From the NCBI RefSeq assembly GCF_009914755.1, contig NC_060934.1: a stretch of 64,000 nt of DNA; one strand, written 5' to 3'. The position numbers and the translations under genes are program-made. Below the pieces are notes generated by a model. That model was given only the letters and a program-made list of their open reading frames with translations. It made no database searches and was not told where the DNA came from. This DNA comes from the human T2T-CHM13v2.0 reference genome, Homo sapiens. Shown here in pieces: positions 32,856 to 44,986 of this stretch. The number at the start of each line of letters is the position of its first letter. The first letter of the stretch is position 1.

Positions 32856-35160
32856 GTGGAAGGTAAGTCCATCCCCTTCTTAATCAATACGGAGGCTACA
32901 CACTCCACATTACCTTCTTTTCAAAGGCCTGTTTCCTTTGCCTCCATAACTGTTGTGGATATTGATGGCCTGGCTTCTAAACCTCTTAAAACTCCCCAAC
33001 TCTGGTGCCAACTTAGACAATACTCTTTTAAGCACTCCTTTTAGTTATCCCCACCTGCCCAGTTCCCTTATTAGGCCGAGATATTTTAACTAAATTATCT
33101 GCTTCCCTAACTATTCCTGGGCTACAGCCACACCTCATTGCCACCTTTTCCCCCAGTTCAAAGCCTCCTTCACATCCTCCCCTTGTGTCTCCCCACCTTA
33201 AACCACAAGTATAGGACACCTCTACTCCCTCCTTGGTGACCGATCATCCACCCCTTACCATCTCATTAAAACCTAATCACCCTTACCCCGCTCAACGCCA
33301 ATATCCCATCCTGCAGCACACTTTAAAAGGATTAAAGCCTGTTATCACTCGCCTGCTACAGCATGGCCTTTTAAAGCCTATAAACTCTCCTTACAATTCC
33401 CCCATTTTACCTGTCCTAAAACCAGACAAGCCTTACAGGTTAGTTCAGGATCTGTGCCTTATCAACCAAATTGTTTTGTCTATCCACCCCATGGTGCCAA
33501 ACCCATATACTCTCCTATCCTCAATAACTCCCTCTACAACCCATTATTCTGCTCTGGATCTCAAACATGCTTTCTTTACTATTCCTTTGCACCCTTCATC
33601 CCAGCCTCTCTTCGCTTTCACTTGGACTAACCCTGACACCCATTAGGCTCAGCAAATTACCTGGGCTGTACTGCCGCAAGGCTTCACAGACAGCCCCCAT
33701 TACTTCAGTCAAGCCCAAATTTCTTGCTCATCTGTTACATATCTCGGCATAATTCTCATAAAAACACACGTGCTCTCCCTGCCAATCATGTCCGACTGAT
33801 CTCTCAAACCCCAACACCTTCCACAAAACAATAACTCCTTTCCTTCCTAGGCATGGTTGGATACTTTTGACTTTAAATACCTGGTTTTGCCATCCTAACA
33901 AAACCATTATATAAACTCACAAAAGGAAACCTAGCTGACCCCATAGATCCTAAATCCTTTCCCCACTCCTCTTTCCGTTCCTTGAAGACAGCTTTAGAGA
34001 CTGCCCCCACCCTAGCTCTCCCTGACTCATCCCAACCCTTTTCATTACCCATAGGCAAAGTGCAGGGCTATGCAGTCAGAATTCTTACACAAGAACCGAG
34101 ACCATGCCCTGTAGCCTTTTTATCCAAACAATTTGACCTTACTGTTTTGCCTAGCCCTCAAGTCTGCATGTGGTGGCCGCTGCTGCCCTAATACTTTTAG
34201 AGGCCCTTAAAATCACAAACTATGCTCAACTCGCTCTTTACAGTTCTCATAACTTCCAAAATCTATTTTCTTCCTCACACCTGACACATATACTTTCTGC
34301 TCCCCGGCTCCTTCAGCTATACTCACTCTTTGCTGAGTCTCCCACAATTACCATTGTTCCTGGCCCAGACTTCAATCCAGCCTCCCACATTATTCCTGAT
34401 ACCACACCTGACTCCCATGGCTATATCTCTCTGATCCACCTGACATTCACCCCATTTCCCCATGTTTCCTTCTTTCCACACCCTGATCACACTTGGTTTA
34501 TTGATGGCACTTCCACCAGGCCTAATTGCCACACACCAGCAAAGGCAGGCTATGCTGTAGTACAAGCCACTAGCCCACCTCTTAGAACTTCTCATTTCCT
34601 TTCCATCGTAGAAATCTATCCTCAAGGAAATAACTTCTCAGTGTTCCATCTGCTATTCTACTACTCCTCAGGGATTATTCAGGCCCCTTCCCTTCCCTAC
34701 ACATCAAGCTCGTGGATTTGCCCCCACCCAGGACTGGCAAATTGGCTTTACTCAACTTGCCCCGAGTCAGGAAACTAAAATACCTCTTGGTCTGGGTAGA
34801 CACTTTCACTGGATAGGTAGAGGCCTTTCCCACAGGGTCTAAGAAGGCCACCATGGTCATTTCTTCCCTTCTGTCAGATATAATTCCTCAGTTTGGCCTT
34901 CCCACCTCTATACAGTCCTATAACAGACTGGCCTTTATTAGTCAAATCACCCAAGCAGTTTGTCAGGCTCTTAGTATTCAGTGAACTAATGGTCTTTTAA
35001 AAACACAGCTCACCAAGCTCAGCCACCAACTTAAAAAAAGGACTGGACAATACTTTTACCACTTGCGCTTCTCAGAATTCGGGCCTGTCCTTGGAATGCT
35101 ACAGGGTACAGTCCATTTGAGCTCCTGTATAGACGCTCCTTTTTATTAGGCCCCAGTCTC
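32856..35160 (+). pseudogene. pol: HERV-H pro-pol remnant (protease, RT, RNase H, integrase), frameshifted and internally deleted
   Basis: FLINTEATHS (decayed DTG), YNSPILPVLKPDKPYRLVQDL, LDLKHAFF, ctgccgcaaggcttcacagacagcccc (LPQGFTDSP), WFIDGTS, and integrase-like WVDTFTG..VEAFP. Confidence 0.88.
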
Positions 35161-35790
35161 ATTCCAGACACCAGAGCAACCTGGACTGCGCCACCCCCTC
35201 ACCCAAAAAAAAAAAAAACTTGTCATCCCTACTATCTTCTATCTGGTCATACTCCTATTCACTATTCTCAACTACTCATAAATGCCCTGCTCTTGTTTAC
35301 ACTGCCGGTTTACACTATTTCTCCAAGCCATCACAGCTGATATTTCCTGTTGCTATCCCCAAACTGCCACTCTTAACTCCCTCTTAAAGTAAATAAATAA
35401 TCTTTGCTGTCAGGGCTATGCTGAACCTCCTTAGGCACTCTCTAGTTAGATGCCCTGGGTCCTCCCAATTCTTAGTCCTTTAATACCTGCTTTTCGTCTT
35501 GTCTTATTCCGTTCTTTTTTCAATTCGTACAAAACCATATCCAGGCCATCACCAATAATTCTATATGACAAATGTTTCTTCTAACAACCCCACAATATCA
35601 CCCGTTACCACAAAATCTTCCTTCAGCTTAATCTCTCCCGCTGTAAGTTCCCACGCCGCCCCTAATCCCGCTCGAAGCAGCCCTGAGAAACATCGCCCAT
35701 TATCTCTCCATACCACCCCCAAAAATTTTCCCCGCCCCAACATTTGAACATTATTGTTTTATTTTTCTTATTAATATAAGAAGACAGGAA

Positions 35791-36202
35791 TGTCAGGCCT
35801 CTGAGCCCAAGCTAAGCCATCTTATCCCCTGTGACCTGCACGTATACATCCAGATGGCCTGAAGTAACTGAAGAATAACAAAAGTGATATTTAAATGGCC
35901 TGTTCCTGCCTTAACTGATGACATTCCACCACAGAAGAAGTGAAAATGGCCAGTCCTTGCCTTAAGTGATGACATTACCTTGTGAAATTCCTTCTCCTGA
36001 CTCATCCTGGCTCAAAAACTCCCCCACTGAGCACATTGTGACCCCCACTCCTGCCCACCAGAGAACAACTCCCCTTTGACTGTAATTTTCCTTTACCTAC
36101 CCAAATCTTATAAAACGGCCCCACCCCTGTCTTCCTTCTCTGACTCTCTTTTAGGACTCAGCCCACCTGCACCCAGGTGAAATAAACAGCCCTGTTGCTC
36201 AC
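35791..36202 (+). promoter_or_regulatory. LTR7 U3+R with no U5; TATA 36109-36115 and poly(A) signal 36181-36186
   Basis: Polypurine tract aagaagacaggaa then tgtcaggcctctgagcccaagctaag; duplicated aaatggcc..tgccttaa.tgatgacatt units; TATAAAA; AATAAA. Confidence 0.9.
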
Positions 36203-36219
36203 AAAAAAAAAAAAAAGAA

Positions 36220-36339
36220 AGAAAGATAAGGTCTCACTATGTTGCCCAGGCTGTTCTTGAACTCCTGATCCCAAGTGGTCCTCCTACATCAACCTCCCAA
36301 AGTGCTGGGGATTACAGGCGTGAGCCACTGCAGCCAGCC
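36220..36339 (-). mobile_element. AluJ left arm, continuing 30519-30711
   Basis: ggtctcactatgttgcccaggctg...gattacaggcgtgagccactg. Confidence 0.88.
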
Positions 36340-36829
36340 CTGACTTCGGTATCTTTTTGATACCAAAATTCTATTCCAGAAAATTATACTTCAGGGAGGA
36401 TTAGATTCTGTCATTTTCATAATACATCAAAGTCAGAAATGAACTTATCTTAATCACTTTATGGGATATACATGATAGACCTTTGATGACTGGGGCTCTG
36501 ATTATCATCAAAGATTGAACCTACAGAGCTCAAGCAGGGGTGCCTCATCAAGGCAGGGATATAGATTGGTGAGATTAATTTTAAAGAATCAGTGGAGCCA
36601 GAACACGCAAAGTAACTGTTTAATAATTATTTGAGTGCATGAAAGAATGGAAAGAAAAACAAAGAACAAAATTGGTGGTCCCCATGGTCAGGATTCATAC
36701 TCCTGGCCTATGATTCTAGAATAGAGCAATCATTTTATATGAAGATTTTAATATATGAACTCATTCTATTTTGGGGATCGTATTCTGGTTTACCACCTAT
36801 CTTAGGTGACAGAATTTAGTTTTGGTGAA

Positions 36830-36970
36830 ATAATGTCAGGGATCATCCACTTTAGTTCCCATATTTTATAGAGGAAAAAATTGAGGCTCATAGAGTAAGG
36901 TTATAACCATAATTAAAGGCAGAGATAGGGTTAGACTTAAAGTTTCCTAAGATTCTCTTCAGCACGTAGT
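36830..36970 (-). mobile_element. MIR fragment
   Basis: cccatattttatagaggaaaaaattgaggctcatagag core. Confidence 0.6.
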
Positions 36971-37059
36971 CTGATTTTCCATTAGTATAAATCCAGAGAT
37001 CAGGATCAAGAACATTTTAGTTTACTGACTTCTCTTTCAATTATATTTGTACCATGTAT

Positions 37060-37230
37060 TAACTTATTTATTTTTAAAGTATTTATTGAACATCTACTGT
37101 ATGCCAAGTTCTGTGCCAGGCACTGGAAATACAGCATTAAATGAGGCAGCTATTGGCTTTGCACCCATAGGCCTTAGAGTCTAATGTAAGGTGAGCACTA
37201 AATAAGTAATTACAAATCAAAAGTCTTCTT
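37060..37230 (-). mobile_element. L2 3' end
   Basis: atttattgaacatctactgtatgccaagttctgtgccaggcactggaaatacagc. Confidence 0.7.
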
Positions 37231-37525
37231 TGAAAAGGGGAGTTTTTCAGGTCAGGCATTACTTCTGCTTTCTAAACAAGAAAACCGAATGGCCCAAGAG
37301 GCTCTTATACAGATGTAGGAGCAAGAATCTGGAACTTTGACTCTCAATTCAAGACTCTTACCATTTCATAATTATCTTTACAGTATGTAAAGAACCTTAT
37401 TTCTTTATTTCTAATGTATACACTATGATGAAATCTTTTGTTTGCATGCAAAATATTCATCTTTATTTCTCATGATAGCAACAAGAATTGCCTTTCCAAA
37501 GTCAGCTTTCCACTTTTCTTATCTG

Positions 37526-37591
37526 GCATGTGTGTGTGTGTGTGCACGTATGCATGTGTGTGCGTGTACGCATGTGTGTGCATGTGTATAC
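37526..37591. repeat. Imperfect (TG/CA/CG) alternating purine-pyrimidine tract
   Basis: gcatgtgtgtgtgtgtgtgcacgtatgcatgtgtgtgcgtgtacgcatgtgtgtgcatgtgtatac. Confidence 0.85.
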
Positions 37592-37649
37592 TTGGGGGAA
37601 GCATAAACTCCATCTGGCCAGAGTGTTTGGTTCAGAAGTGAGCACTCAG

Positions 37650-37931
37650 TCCCTGCTGGTCCATCTAAAGCTGCTGTGAAGGGGAAATTTTCTCCTGTTG
37701 GATGTGAAGTGAGAAGACTGGAAGACTGGAGCTGTGGGGCCATCACAGGGAAGAGCCTGCCTGAGAGTGAAGCCAACACTCAGGAAAGCGGAGTCAACAG
37801 GTCCTCTAAAGGCAGCAATACATAGATCTTGAAATGTTCACTTATGGAAGTGAATAAATATCCATTTTTTGTTTAAACCATATTGGCTTGTGTTTTCTGA
37901 TCCTTCCAGCAGAAAGAATCCCTACCGATAC
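37650..37931 (+). mobile_element. Old MLT1 (J/K-like) LTR fragment
   Basis: gagcctgcctgagagtgaagccaacac...aataaatatccattttttgtttaaacca...agaaagaatccctaccgatac. Confidence 0.65.
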
Positions 37932-38884
37932 CCCAACTATACAACCAGGTATTTATCAGACGCATTTTATTACGTCCAGACTCCAGATTAAGCAACCCTG
38001 GTTTACATAGTTTGTAATTCAGGGAGATTTGCTGGGCTTGGTTTTTCCAGCACAAGTAATTAATGTGACTCCCACAAGGATAATCCAGTGTAACTGCCTG
38101 AGGGGTACGGAAAGATTTTTGGATCACGAATACTAGTCCTTCTCTCTTTCTTGGGTTTTTCATCAATCACTTCCAATAATTAGATGAAGGTTTGCCAGGT
38201 TTGAAGTGCATCAAAATCACCCAGGTGCTGTGATGTGCTTGGACCACACTTTGAGGACACTGATATGGGAGCAAATGAATTTGATCACTTCCTCCCTGCA
38301 TAACGGCAAAGCCACTGTTGGAATTTAGTGTATGCAACTGACAAAATAAACTTCAGGCTCAACAGAGTAGCTTCTGATTTTCAAATTCCTCGGTGCAAAT
38401 AAGGATTTATGAAGCTGAATTTGGACTGTCACTACATCTGTTACTGGGTTTGAAAACTGAAAAGGTATAGAAAGTTCTCTGCCACCTTGAGAGCAAGAGG
38501 AAAGGTCTTTGTCTGGTATGAGAGCTCACCTTATGGGGACAAGACCCTCTGTCCTCCATGAGGCTAAAGAGAAGGTAGCTGAGAGGACAGATACTGAGGG
38601 GGCTTTGAACCAGAGCTTTCAAAGACGAATCGTGGCACCATATCCATTACCAATAGGCCCTCAGTAGGGCCTATTGTGAGCAACTTTCCAGAATGAAGTA
38701 AAATGGAGCTGTCCAGCTTCAGGGGAATCCAAAGGCTGTTTGAAAGTTTCCGAGAAGGTGAGAAACATGCAGGACTCCACAGAAACAGCCTTGGGAAGTT
38801 ACCACTGAGAGAAGTCGCTACTGCAGTTTCTCAGTAAAAAGAATAGAAGCCACAGCTCAGAGCTTCGGACAGCAGTTGCTGACG

Positions 38885-39300
38885 GTCACCACAAACATTT
38901 ATGAAGCATTGACCATGCACAAGGCTGTTATTAGGCATTGCAGGAGGTGGATGCCTGGAAAAGGTGGACAAACTACTATACCAGAAGATATTTTGGTCTG
39001 GAAGGAGAGAAAAGGTAGGTACCCAGAAAACAGTGAAACAAGAGTAAGCATCAACATGAGGAGAACAAATAAAGTACCACGAAAAAGCTGAGATGCAGGA
39101 GAGGGCACTCGTAACTAGAGAGCCCAGGCCTGTTTGTGGACAGGCAAGGAGAACAGAACTACAGAGAAGAGCAGTGGAAATGTCCCCTGAAATCTGACAG
39201 TGAATGGCCTCAGTTTCCAGACTGGCCACTGGGGATGCCTTGAAGACATCTAAGCAGGGAAGGTGATGGGCAAAGCCAGGTTCAGAACGGTTAATCCTGT
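38885..39300 (-). mobile_element. L2 remnant
   Basis: caaacatttatgaagcattgaccatgcacaaggctgttattaggcattg followed by a GA-rich body. Confidence 0.5.
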
Positions 39301-39864
39301 CCTAAGGTTTCTGAGTTTCTAAGAAATGGAATGAATCTATGCCCAAGGGTTGGAAAGGACCTTCAAATGAAGACATTTCTTCCACTAAAGAATGAGGAAA
39401 ACACATGTGACCTAGCACATTCCAGATCAGCTCTCAAGAATGAGATTTTAAATTTTGATTGCAGTTCTCAGAATATCCATCTGCATACCAGTATTTTTCT
39501 AAATGACAAATGATCATTCCCTGGACTCAGCAACCAATCTCTGGAGACCTTACCTCCAAAAATACATGTGTGAGATGGCACATGTCCAGGTTGTTCCCCG
39601 CAGTATCCCTTGAAATAACAAATATTGGAAATAGCCCAAATATCCAATAGCAAATTGATGGAATCTATTATTGTATATACCTACAATGAAACATTATGTC
39701 CCTATAAAACAGAATGAGAAATCTTTCCATGTTCTTAAAAATTGAGATGCTGCCAACCGGAGGGTATGGGGAAGTTTTGCAGAACAGTGTGCTTCCTTCT
39801 ATGTAAAGAAAGAAAAAAGAAGCATATCTATGCGTATTTTGTTGCATGTTTAAAAACCAGGCAG

Positions 39865-40142
39865 GGAGGAAATTGGGAAGATGTTGGTCAAAACATAAAA
39901 ACTTTCTGTTAGATAGTGGAAATAAGTTTAAGAGATCTATTGCACAACATGATGACACAGTTAATAACACTATATTGTATTCTTGAAAATTACTAAAAGA
40001 GTATATTTAAAGTGTTCTTTCCACAAAAAACATAGTATGTGAGGTCACGTATATGTTAATTAGCTCAAGTTAGCCATCCCACAATGTATACGCATTTCAA
40101 AACATTGTGCTATACATGAGAAATATGTTTTTTGTCAATTAA
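39865..40142 (+). mobile_element. L1MA8/9-like 3' end, embedded in an older L1M 3' remnant (~39400-40760)
   Basis: gaagatgttggtcaaa...aataagtttaagagatctattgcacaacatg...ttttgtcaattaa. Confidence 0.75.
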
Positions 40143-40158
40143 GATTGTTTAATTTTTT

Positions 40159-40562
40159 TTTTATTATTATACTTTAAGATTTAGGGTACATGTGCACATT
40201 GTGCAGGTTAGTTACATACGTATACATGTGCCGTGCTGGTGTGCTGCACCCACTAACTCGTCATCTAGCATTAGGTATATCTCCCAATGTTATCCCCCTC
40301 CCCCCACCCCAAAACAGTCCCCAGAGTGTGATGTTCCCCTTCCTGTGTCCATGTGATCTCATTGTTCAGTTCCCACCTATGAGTGAGAACATGCGGTGTT
40401 TGGTTTTTTGTTCTTGCCATAGTTTACTGAGAATGATGGTTTCCAATTTCATCCATGTCCCTACAAAGGACATGAACTCATCATTTTTTATGGCTGCATA
40501 GTATTCCATGGTGTATATGTGCCACATTTTCTTAATCCAGTCTATCATTGTTGGACATTTGG
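40159..40562 (-). mobile_element. Young 5'-truncated L1 (L1PA2/3, non-Ta GAG type), ~400 bp
   Basis: cacattgtgcaggttagttacata...cccactaactcgtcatctagcattagg. Perfect TSD gattgtttaatttttt at 40143-40158 and 40563-40578, followed by aa. Confidence 0.92.
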
Positions 40563-41298
40563 GATTGTTTAATTTTTTAATGTAAACAAAAAGCCAGAGA
40601 GATACATAGAAAACTACTTAAAAATGGTTGCTATCTAAGGGAGAAGGATGTAAACTTGAAGGAGGAGAGATAGGAGTGGGAATGAATCTTTTTATTCTAA
40701 TCCTCAACTACATTTGAAATATGTGAAGGCATTATATAGTCAACATATTAAGTGTTTTATCAAATGCCAGTGAGCAGAACACATCTGATATCAGACAAAG
40801 CTGATACCAAAGATACCCATGGAGGTATAAGTTCTCTTGCAGCAGAACTCATACCTCCACGGAGGCCTTGGGAGTTATCAGCTGCAATGTGCCCAGTTAG
40901 CAAGACACCATCACCATGACGACCCATTTCCTATACCCAGTCCTCCTGGCAGAAGAGAGCAGATAATCCAGCACTGGCCAGTTCCCAGAGCCCTGTGGGT
41001 ACCTGTGTGCAGAGTCAAAGGCTTCTACTTTCCAGCAAACATCCCATTTTACAAATCTTACCTGACACAAGGGTGACGACTTTCATTAGTGTCATCATCA
41101 GCAATTCAGGAGTTGCCTCCTTGTTCACCCTTGTAGATATCACCAATACCTGTCTTTTTTGCCACTCAACTTTTTCACTGTGGAGGTGTGTGTGTATGGG
41201 TGTGTGTGTGCGTGCATCCATGCGTGTGTGTTTGTGTATGCACATGTTCTTGGCTGTGGAAGAAAGTAGACCATAATGGCTAAAAAACAGAGGATTTA

Positions 41299-41432
41299 GG
41301 CCAGGTGCAGTGTCTCAGGCCTGTAATCCCAGCATTTTGAGAGGCTGAGGCAGGAGGATTGCCTGAGACTACGTGATCATTACCAGCCTGGGAAACATAG
41401 CAAAATCTCATCTCTACAAAAAATTAAAACAA
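41299..41432 (+). mobile_element. Free left Alu monomer (FLAM_C-like) inserted in a MIR (~41260-41650)
   Basis: Single arm plus A tail; flanks aaaacagaggatttag / aaaatacaggatttag. MIR core cccagtttcctcacc lies downstream. Confidence 0.8.
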
Positions 41433-43589
41433 AAAATACAGGATTTAGTAGGACAAATATAGCTTCAGAACCCAATCTGGCACGTAGCAGCATGGCCTTG
41501 AAAATGTTACTTCACTTACATAGCCCAGTTTCCTCACCCAGAAAATGAAGTTGTTTTATAAAATAAAAGATAAAATATTTTTAAAGCATTAGCTCTGTTT
41601 CTGGCACATAGAAAGAACTCAAAAAAGTTGTTACTGTTGATGATGATGATGACCTTCATCTCCTGGGTGTGAAACTTCTGATATAGAATAACCTGGAAGC
41701 TTTTGATAGAAAACATATTGAACAACATTTACCAGCTTGTTTACATCAGTTGCATTAAAGACCCATGGAATCTCCTTCAAGAGTTCCATGGAAACTTCTT
41801 TCATTTCCTTGAAATAATCTATCTGAAACCAAGAGGTGCTAGCTTCTTCATGTATTTCTGTCCCTAATTCTAACCATGTATTTGTTTATATTTGTAGCCA
41901 GAGTGGCTGGCAGTCATTTAAGCTACATCAGGCTCCTTTGTTGTAACCTCCTCCTCTAATTAAGGCCTGTAATTGCCCAGCAAGGACAAATTGGTTCAGC
42001 TTCTGCTGGGAGTACAGCCACAAGACAGACTCAGCATCTTCCTATCTTTATAGTCTTTAAACAGGTTCACAGCACATGCCCCACAAAAAACAAAAGCAGG
42101 TGCCACTGCTGCTCACATGGCCTCGGGACTGGCTCCTGGAAGGAAGCTGCTGCTCTGTTCAGGTTCACAAGGACAGATTTCTGTAGGAAAGCAGTGACTG
42201 TTCAGGGCATTCCCTCTCTTTACCTGTCTTCCTGCTTTCCTTTGTTTCCCAGTAATAATAAATAATTTTCCTAATAAACCTAAAAGTACTTACTACTAAT
42301 ATGTCCATTTTAAAAGCTTAGTCTTTATTTTAAAGAGGAGACAACTTCGTCTGGAAGACATTAAGGGACGTATCCAACAATGATTCAGATAATGGTGAAC
42401 TGGGTTGCAAAACAGGTTTGTCTGACTCTGGAGCCTGTGTTCTGAGCTACCTCATGTTATTACCTCCCATTTCGAAGGTGCTTGATAGGTTAATTGCCTT
42501 ATACAGTTTGAGAGGGACACATCATTGGACATTCTCCCTCTTTCCCATTTCACTGACAAACAGAAAAACCTCACTGCTTGGGCTGATTGGAATGGGAATG
42601 TTGGAGAAGAGGCTTATTAATGGCCCAGGGTTATTCTCAGGTTTCAGTAATGCAGGGGTCATCCAACTCAAAACCATCGTATGCTATAATAACCACCCCT
42701 TTCCAGGGTATTATTCAGTATTCAAAGTAGAGTTCAGAGGTAAAGAGTGTTTGACAGAAAATCAGCATGGCATCCGCACAGGAAAAAAGAAGAATCTTCA
42801 CTTGCCCTAATTCTAATACATCTTCTAGTGAACCTAATTTGTACTCAAGGCTTCCCTATTGACTATGTAAATGGGATTAATGACATGATACCAGTAGAGA
42901 ACAAAAAGTACTTAAGGAACTGCTTTGGCCAGATGATACATTATTAGTAGTAATAAGGGGCGGAATTACTTGGTATTTATATGGCCCTTTATGTGCAGAG
43001 ATTATCTGATGGCTTTCTTGTGCACATATTGTAACTCTAATGGTCATTTTGTGCTCTCCTATTTGTCATTCTTGTATGTATTTGCAACATTTACACATTT
43101 GTGATACAAAGTAAAATTAACACTCCTGAAAGCCTGCAGCTGCCTGCCCTGTGTAGTTTGGTCCATCCTTTATTCATAGAACACTTGCCGCCCCTCTGCT
43201 GAAAATCCTAAATCCAAGTCTTTTTGACCATGAAAGGCCTCTGCAGCCTGTTTGGGGTTATAACCCACAGGATCAGTAGTCTGCTGGTAGGGAAGAGTTT
43301 AATGATGCTCTGGTGTTGTTTGGCTCCCTTAGGAACCTTCCACTTGGGGCAGTTTCTCTGTTTCTAGCTGCAAATTCTCTTCTAGGTTTTATTTCCATAG
43401 TCATTCAATGCCTCTAAATTGGGTTAGTCTGAAGATGACTGAGATTTATTTAACCAAATCTTGACTGCAGGTTTATCTGGGATAATGCAGAATAAATTCA
43501 GATTTGCTGTAAATAATATTGTTCCACCACTCTCCATTGTAAATCCCTTTCTGACACCTCTATTTCTGTTTTGTGAGTTGCATGGTGAT

Positions 43590-43800
43590 GACTATAATCA
43601 AAAGAGAATTTATTGAGTATTTAGATGGGAAGCACTTAGCTAAGTACTTCACTTGCATATTCACTTTACTCCTCACAAGAACCCTAGGAGGTAGGTATTA
43701 TTATTATTATTCCCATTTTACAGAGGCAGGAGCTGAGGCCCACCTCACACAGCTGACCAGTGCTGCACCTGATATTCACATCCACGCCAGCCAACTGTAC
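43590..43800 (-). mobile_element. MIR
   Basis: aaccctaggaggtaggtattattattattattcccattttacagagg...ctgaggc. Confidence 0.75.
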
Positions 43801-44219
43801 ACCATGCGCTTGTAGCCATTGTGCAGCTTTCATTTGCTTCAGATTTCTGAAGAGTTGTGAGCTGAGAGAATTTTGTGCAGGTTTTTGAAAACAACTGTCC
43901 ACAGTTTAGTTTCATATATGGTCTACTTAGGAAACCTCTGTGATCTCAAATGGCTTTGACCCTGAAAGCTAAAAGTGAGGGAATTACTCTCAGCCCTCAT
44001 GCTCCTCTGTCTTTCTTTTCTTTTTTTCTTTATACATATTTTTACTCCTCTCATGTAAGAAGGTGACCTAAGATACTGATTCACACTGGGTCTTGGTCAC
44101 ATAATGTGATTCCTCTGTCAAGTGACACTAAAATAGATAATTGTGTGTGAGGATTTAAGGTAAACGAATGTTTCTTAGATGGTAGCATTTTAAATCAAAG
44201 CAAGAACAGTTAACAGGTG

Positions 44220-44410
44220 TCACATTCTTCCTCAGTTCCAGGCACCACACTAAGTTCTCCCCATCCTATCCCATTCAAACCTCACACAACCTTACACAAC
44301 AGATCATTGATCCCATTTTAGTATGAGAAATGGTAAGTGATTGGCCTCATGTGTCACAGCAGGTAAATAAAGGAAGTAGGTTCAAACTCTGGTCTGTTTC
44401 TTCCTAAAAC
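44220..44410 (-). mobile_element. MIR
   Basis: cctcacacaacc...cccattttag...aagtgattggcc...ggttcaaactctggtctg. Confidence 0.6.
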
Positions 44411-44986
44411 TCTACCTAACCTTTGTGGTCCACCTGACGGAAGGCTCTGCTGTAGGTGAGAAAGCCTCCTCTGTGACAGGCAGCCAGAGGCTCTGACCAC
44501 TCCACCTGCACACAAACTGCCCCTGACAAGGAATTAGCTGGGATCTTCCTTCACTCCTAGGGTGATGATGTTTCCTTTCCATCTGTGGTGGGAAATTTCC
44601 TGGTGGCCATGGGTGAAAATGAGGGTGATTCCTGAACTCTGGCTGTGGCTGAGGGATCAACCCAGCAAAGCCTCAGATCCAGCTCTCCTTTGGACAGAAT
44701 TAACCTTCTTTCATTTTCCATGCTCAGTAGGAGAGGAGCAAGGATCCTACATGAGGAAGAAAGGAGGACCCACTTATTGAGGACCCACAGGATATACATT
44801 ATATGCCAGGCCCTTTTAGGTTTATCTCAAGGACCATTCATTCCTTTTTTTAATTTAACAGAGATCTATAGACTAAGTGCTATTTGGGGAAAGCATATGA
44901 TTGGAAAAGAAACCACAGAGAATTCATTTGGCTTGGCCTTTTGACTTTTGCATCATCTTCACCAGATAGAGCATTAGATCAAAGCC

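Larger units (their letters stand above)
30712..36219 (+). mobile_element. HERV-H (LTR7) retrocopy: R-U5-PBS-gag-pro-pol-(env largely deleted)-PPT-U3-R-poly(A)
   Basis: Starts in R (gctgactctcttttcggactcagccc) and ends after AATAAA...gctcac with poly(A). 16-bp TSD agaaagataaggtctc at 30696-30711 and 36220-36235. His-tRNA PBS present. Confidence 0.93.

Noticed and set aside
31828-34860. Coding-competent HERV-H gag/pol
   Set aside because: Multiple stops and frameshifts, protease DTG decayed to NTE, no YXDD motif visible, and env mostly absent.
42418-42810. 130-aa ORF in unique sequence
   Set aside because: TTG start inside a MIR-like tail and no known protein motif; the length is compatible with chance.
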